Assembly: GCA_000002445.1 (NCBI GenBank)
Contig: CP000068.1
Coordinates: forward strand, 160,001-224,000
DNA from: Trypanosoma brucei
Lineage: Eukaryota
DNA: 64,000 nt
Direction of reading: 5' to 3'
The position numbers were made by a program, and so were the translations under genes. Below the pieces are notes generated by a model. That model did not search any database, was not told where the DNA came from, and saw only the letters and a program-made list of their open reading frames with translations. Of the stretch, positions 58,970-64,000 are shown piece by piece; position 1 is the first letter of the stretch, and every line of letters starts with the position of its first letter.

Positions 58970-61420
58970 ATGAAGCGCCTGCCTGTACGCCCCTGTTGCG
59001 TCACCGGGGAGGGTTCGTTTTCTGCACTAACATTTTCGTTTTCATTGTATGCATTACTTGTGCTTTTTGCTTTGTTGTACTGCTGTGACCTGGTGTCCTC
59101 CAAGATCTATGAGAGGACGACGCGTGAGGTGTTTCTGGAAGGTGGCCGGTGGGTGAGGAAGAGTGAATGGGAAAAGGGCAGTTGGAAAACCTCCCCCGAG
59201 TGGAACGCCGGCTATGAATGGTGGGCGTGGTGCATGGACTCGGTTGCTAAAGAAGCTAAGGGAGAAGTTTGCCGCAAGGAGTGGCTTTCTCAGAGGAAGA
59301 AAGGATACACGCTGGTGCCGAGGACGAAAGTTCCATTTAGGGAGAAAAATGGAACGCAGTGGATGCGCAACGTTCACTCTTTCCGTGTCCCTTCGTTTGT
59401 TGAAATTAGTGGGGTATTGGTGGGCATTGCCGACGTACGGTACATTTCATCTGCTGACTTCACCTTCACTGAGACAGTTGCCAAGTACAGTGCTGATGGT
59501 GGGGATACTTGGAAGACTAAAGTCATCATTGAGAACAGTCGTGTTAACACTAATTTTTCCCGAGTTGTAGATCCCACAGTCGCTGTCAAGGGAAACAATA
59601 TATTCGTTCTCGTGGGAAGGTACAACACTTCCAGTAAGTATTGGACGTGGCAACATTACGGCGAAGACTGGGATATACTCATGTACAAGGGTACTGTCAT
59701 CAAAGAGGAAAAGGACGGTAATGTAACTGCGAGCATTACATTTGAGGCTCCCCAGAACCTGAAGTTTCTCTTAGCAACGGTGCCCTCACCAGGTGGGCAC
59801 CCCCCATCCCAATTTCTCGGTGGCGTAGGGAACACTGCTGTAACGCCGGACGGTGCCATTGTATTTTCTGTCCAGGTCAAGAATACTTGGAATCAGGTTG
59901 TGGGAAAACTTTTGTATTCGACGGATGATGGCAAAACATGGCACTTTTCTGCAGGGGAAACACCGGTCGGTTCAACTGAATCTTCTGCCGTTTGGTGGAA
60001 AGATAAACTGCTGGTGAATGCCAGAACAGATGAGCATATAGGTTGCCGCAGGGTATTTGAAACGAGTGACTTAGGGAATACATTAAAGGAATCCATCAGG
60101 ACTCTTTCCCGAGTAATAGGCAACTCGCCGCTTCGTAACCAGCCTGGTAGTTCAGGAAGTGCTATTTCCATAACTGTGGAGGGCATGGATGTCATGCTAA
60201 TTTCTCAGCCAAAAAATACGAAGGGACGTTTCTCACGCGACCGCCTCCAGTTATGGTTAACGGACGGTACTCGTGTTTTCATGATCGGACAGATATCTCA
60301 AGGTGACGACAACAGTCCATACAGCTCCTTACTGTACACGAGCGATGGCAAACTTTACTGCTTATATGAACAGAACATTGAAGAGGTTTTCACTATTTAC
60401 CTTGCACGTCTTGTGGATGAGATGAAGATGATTAAATGGGTTGTGTTGTTATGGAAGGCACAGGATACTCTGTTGGTGGGTGACTGCCTTTCATCGGCTG
60501 GAGGAACAGGACCTTGTAGGGGGATACCAGTTGGTGGCCTTGCCGGGTTGCTTTCGGGACCCGCAGTTGGACATGTGTGGCCTGACGTGTACAAGTGCGT
60601 GTATGCTAGTGTCAGCGGTGCCGTGGCTAACAAAGATGGCGTGGTATTGGGCGGAACCGGTAAGGACCGTGTGGTGTGGCCGGTTGGTGAGCAAGGGCAA
60701 GACCAACGGTACTACTTTGCCAACACCCATTTCACAATTGTGGCGACGGTGCAGTTTGGTGTGGTGCCTCAAAGGGACACTCCATTAATTGGGTTTGTGA
60801 ATGGAGAAAAGAATGCTAATAAAACCTTAATGCTTTCGATCAAGAATAAGAAATGGTTTCTCACGTACGGGAGGATACGCAGCGAAGGTTCTCCGGTGCC
60901 GTCAAATTTGGAAGGGTCTCACCAGATTGCACTGACATTGCAAGATGGCTTGGTTACTGCATATGTTGATGGAAAACTAGCGGTTGCGGCGATTAATGTG
61001 AGAAAATTCGGTCGTGTCGGCTTTCTAAACATTAGGCGTTTTTTCGTTGGAACTCCAGTGTCTATTAGAACTTCAAGTCACACGACCGTAACCGTACACA
61101 ATGCACTCCTGTACAACCGAAGGTTGAGCGAAGGGGAACTACAGTTGGTGTTCACCAACAGAGAGGTGATTCGTGCAGCCAACCCGACGACGCCGCCTCC
61201 CACGCCTTTTGAGTCTAGTGCTGGGGGCGATGAGCAGTCACACGATAGGGCGGGTTCCACGTTTGGTGTTCCTTTTCTTTCAGGAGGTTCGATGTATTGT
61301 GAAGGGGACGCGTTGGAGCGTGTTTACATTTTATTTATTATTACTTTATGTGCACTGGCACTTTTTATGTTAGTGTTGGTCTTTCAAAAGCAGTGGGACG
61401 GGGATTCTACTATAATCTGA
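58970..61420 (+). CDS. Trans-sialidase/sialidase family protein (816 aa) with N-terminal signal/anchor, beta-propeller catalytic-type domain with Asp boxes, C-terminal lectin-like domain and hydrophobic C-terminus (GPI-signal-like)
   Basis: Asp-box motifs SxDxGxTW (SADGGDTW, STDDGKTW, plus degenerate TSDLGNTL and YTSDGKLY), a FRIP-like FRVPSF near the N-terminus of the catalytic domain, and overall length and order typical of trypanosome trans-sialidases. Hydrophobic C-terminal ~25 aa. Catalytic residues could not be verified without alignment. Confidence 0.8.
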   Translation: MKRLPVRPCCVTGEGSFSALTFSFSLYALLVLFALLYCCDLVSSKIYERTTREVFLEGGRWVRKSEWEKGSWKTSPEWNAGYEWWAWCMDSVAKEAKGEVCRKEWLSQRKKGYTLVPRTKVPFREKNGTQWMRNVHSFRVPSFVEISGVLVGIADVRYISSADFTFTETVAKYSADGGDTWKTKVIIENSRVNTNFSRVVDPTVAVKGNNIFVLVGRYNTSSKYWTWQHYGEDWDILMYKGTVIKEEKDGNVTASITFEAPQNLKFLLATVPSPGGHPPSQFLGGVGNTAVTPDGAIVFSVQVKNTWNQVVGKLLYSTDDGKTWHFSAGETPVGSTESSAVWWKDKLLVNARTDEHIGCRRVFETSDLGNTLKESIRTLSRVIGNSPLRNQPGSSGSAISITVEGMDVMLISQPKNTKGRFSRDRLQLWLTDGTRVFMIGQISQGDDNSPYSSLLYTSDGKLYCLYEQNIEEVFTIYLARLVDEMKMIKWVVLLWKAQDTLLVGDCLSSAGGTGPCRGIPVGGLAGLLSGPAVGHVWPDVYKCVYASVSGAVANKDGVVLGGTGKDRVVWPVGEQGQDQRYYFANTHFTIVATVQFGVVPQRDTPLIGFVNGEKNANKTLMLSIKNKKWFLTYGRIRSEGSPVPSNLEGSHQIALTLQDGLVTAYVDGKLAVAAINVRKFGRVGFLNIRRFFVGTPVSIRTSSHTTVTVHNALLYNRRLSEGELQLVFTNREVIRAANPTTPPPTPFESSAGGDEQSHDRAGSTFGVPFLSGGSMYCEGDALERVYILFIITLCALALFMLVLVFQKQWDGDSTII

Positions 61421-63740
61421 TTTTCTTATCGCTTCGTTATGCGTGCCATCGCGATTGGACAAAATTTCAAAACCCCTATCGTACTGCGACTATAGGCGGT
61501 GCATTCGCGGCAAATGAACACTGGAAAACGTTTCTTTTCAACATTCTAGCGGATGTTAGTGTCCAAACAAATAAGCCCTTTCCTCCACGCCGCATGCAAT
61601 GAATTCGCTGCTCTACCACTCATTCCGGCTTTGTTTTTCTTCGTGTCCGCTCTGCCGGTGAAGCCAACCCGTAAGTACATGCTAAAATGTGCACTGGCGG
61701 TTATTTGCACCATGGGCATGCGGCTGGGTGAAAAGGTGTGGAAACACGGTAGCCACTGCGATCAGGTTGCGGTAATGATTAATGTGATACACTTGGTGGC
61801 TGGTCGATGGGTAAGAGTTTTCGTTGGTTGGCCGCGGTCGATGCAGGTGCGCTTGTGTGGTTCCGCCGGTGCGTCCGTTGGTGTATCCGCTGCTGTGCCA
61901 TGTGGAGCTAAAAGCACCGTTTTCTTTGTTCTAGTTGTGAGGGCCACTCGACGCATCGGGCAGTTGTGTCGAACCTTCAGCTGACTTTTTTACATTTCCC
62001 GTCACTGAAGCAACGTTAGGCGGGCCGACGGTTGCGACTTCCGTGACCCGTAACACTGAGAGTCAATGTGGGCAGCGGACGCCACCGTTTGCATTACGCC
62101 AACAGTTCATACCATACCATACCATATCATATCATTCAGCAGCACTGTTATCCAAACAGGAAGTCTTGTGGTTAATTTGTTACTCCGTCACGTGTGCACG
62201 CGGCTTGCAGTCATGCGCGCAAATTGTGCCGACCTTCAGCAGCTGGTTCCGCCCCGACTTCTCACGTTATTTTTCCCTTCGCCCTATTCTATCGGTGTTG
62301 GGAAATATACCGCGTTGGGTGTGCTGCATAAGCACTATCTCATTTACCGATTCATGCCGAACAGTGACGTAATGCGACCGGGCTCGCAAAAGGAAAAGAG
62401 CTGGAAAGGCGTTTTTTGTTCACCGCACGGTGGTATCTCTTGGATGTGAACTGCTGCGCTGCCCCGCTCTGTTTTTGTCCTTGAGGAGGCTCCTCCTTTA
62501 TTTGCTTTGCATTTCTTCACGAACAGGCTGTGGATCCCTTCACACACGGAAACGATGGGAAGTACGGCTTTTGATGTTCCCTCAGGGACACAATGGGAAG
62601 TGACACCGTTCCATATGCTCAACGTTGTTTGGCAGTTGTGCCCATACCTAATTAACAGATAACCACGAAACTTTTTTTACTGACTTCGCAATGGCATCGA
62701 TGATTAGGGCATTAGATTTCCCTTGGTGCTGCACTATCTCTAAAGGGGTTGGATGTTGCTGTGCCACTCCAAGCAGTTTGTGGTCTACACTTGCTAAATG
62801 TAGCGGGCCGTTTGCAGCATTACTATTATTGTCACGGTTATTATTGCCTTTACGATATTTCTGTGTGACTTTTCATGCCACTGTTGACCACAGGACGTAA
62901 AAGTCTAACTACGAAAAGAATGAGCGTCTTTCTGCCATCTCCTCAAACATGTTTTCTTGCCATTAAAAGTTTTGGTACAAGGGTCCCGCAGTCGTGGGTC
63001 TCATACCCCAGCAGGCACATGCACACACATATATGAATATGCATATGCATTAATTCGCTGACAGGGGCGCCGTTTTATTTTTCCATTGTGGTGGGACCTA
63101 ATTGGACCGTAAGAAGCTTTATTCAGAGGTGTGCGATGAGTCGTTACGTCCCGCATTGGGGAAGGGCCAAATCCTTGTTTAAATACGTAGGCATTTTAGG
63201 GTTAGTCGTGGAACCCCTCTGCGTCCGGGTTCCCTACAGGCGCGTTCTATCTTGTGAGACGCCTTTTATGGCTCTTTGTGTGTGTGACTTCGGCGATGCG
63301 TTGTCCCGCTCCGACAAAGGCCTCGTTCGCCCTTTCAGTTTGCGCTGTTCCAGTTTTCTGCATACTTTTTTCTACCCCATCATTTGTTTTTTATTTTTTA
63401 ACGAAGATCCGTATTAACAGTTGCGTGGTTTGCTCGCTTTCCCCTCTATCCGTGCTCCATGAGGAGCCAGTCGGTTTGTTCTTTCTCTGATTGTTGCTTG
63501 CAGGCGTGGCGTTTCTTCGCCACCGTGCCCACCAACACTTGCCATGTGACACTTATGAACAACTAAGTACCACCTCACCCTTTTTGTGTACCGCTCTCTC
63601 GTTTCCTGAAGGCTGAAAGGTGATTTGGCTAGCGCTGCCCGCTCATGTTTCTCCTTTCCCGCACTGCTTCACGGCCAGAGAGTAGTGGCGCTAACTCAAA
63701 AGCTGTGGTCGACGCTACTTCGCCCGCCACCCGGCACTCC

Positions 63741-64000
63741 ATGCGGCTTATCGTGCTGTTTTTGCTTTCGCTGTTGATGGTGGCACCAGTGGTTTGTGTA
63801 GCAGATAATGTTACGGTAAAGGTGTATTCCCTGTTGTACGACCCCTTTCTTCCTGATGTCTACAATAATGGAGTGAACGCCGGTCTCCACGCCTCGTTCG
63901 CAGCGCGCCAGTGGTCCACCGCGTCGAACGTCAACGTTGAGGTTATCCACCCCTTATCGTACGAGGTCCCGCCCCCTGAGCTCTTGCAGTCCATTATTGA
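63741..64000 (+). CDS. 5' end of a gene for a secreted/surface protein (signal peptide MRLIVLFLLSLLMVAPVVCVA…); continues beyond window end; product unknown
   Basis: ATG at 63741 opens a frame with no stop to the window edge (86 codons), same strand as the trans-sialidase gene. The N-terminus is a classical signal peptide. Not in the ORF track because it lacks a stop codon inside the window. Confidence 0.45.
   Translation, partial: MRLIVLFLLSLLMVAPVVCVADNVTVKVYSLLYDPFLPDVYNNGVNAGLHASFAARQWSTASNVNVEVIHPLSYEVPPPELLQSII

Noticed and set aside
61553-61984. 143-aa plus-strand ORF just downstream of the trans-sialidase gene
   Set aside because: Lies in the expected 3' UTR; hydrophobic and low-complexity translation, no signal of conservation. 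Not called.

Overview
The window looks like a chromosome-internal region of an African trypanosome (Trypanosoma brucei-like). The evidence is intron-less genes arranged as same-strand polycistrons with purine/pyrimidine-rich low-complexity intergenic spacers, a trans-sialidase-family gene, three type-I membrane glycoprotein paralogs resembling the invariant surface glycoprotein (ISG65-like) family, and a ~148-bp tandem satellite.

Left to right:
- 1-4.9 kb: low-complexity spacer with one small candidate ORF.
- 4.9-25 kb: a minus-strand housekeeping cluster. It contains a stomatin-like SPFH protein, a 661-aa hypothetical protein, V-ATPase subunit d, a 505-aa hypothetical protein, a 2127-aa hypothetical protein, prefoldin-6-like, an SDS22-like LRR protein and a small basic protein.
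- 25-37.9 kb: a gene-poor, complex but ORF-broken zone that reads as degenerate pseudogene/retroelement debris. It includes a ~3.5-kb minus-strand chain of frameshifted ORFs with a CCHC zinc knuckle.
- 37979-39813: a 148-bp tandem repeat array of about 12.4 units, 62% AT, palindrome-rich, with A/C-rich left flank and G/T-rich right flank.
- 43.4-50.4 kb: three divergent ISG-like paralogs on the minus strand. The first and third share an identical ~255-bp block covering the 5' UTR and signal peptide.
- 50.4-58.9 kb: an AT-rich divergent strand-switch region containing a GC-rich island and a (GT)11 microsatellite.
- 58970-61420: a plus-strand trans-sialidase-like gene.
- 63741 onward: the start of a further plus-strand secreted-protein gene that runs off the window.

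No prokaryotic-style systems (CRISPR, operons) are present. The most interesting candidates are the satellite array with flanking retroelement debris, which is a candidate centromere-type repeat, and the mosaic ISG-like gene triplet.
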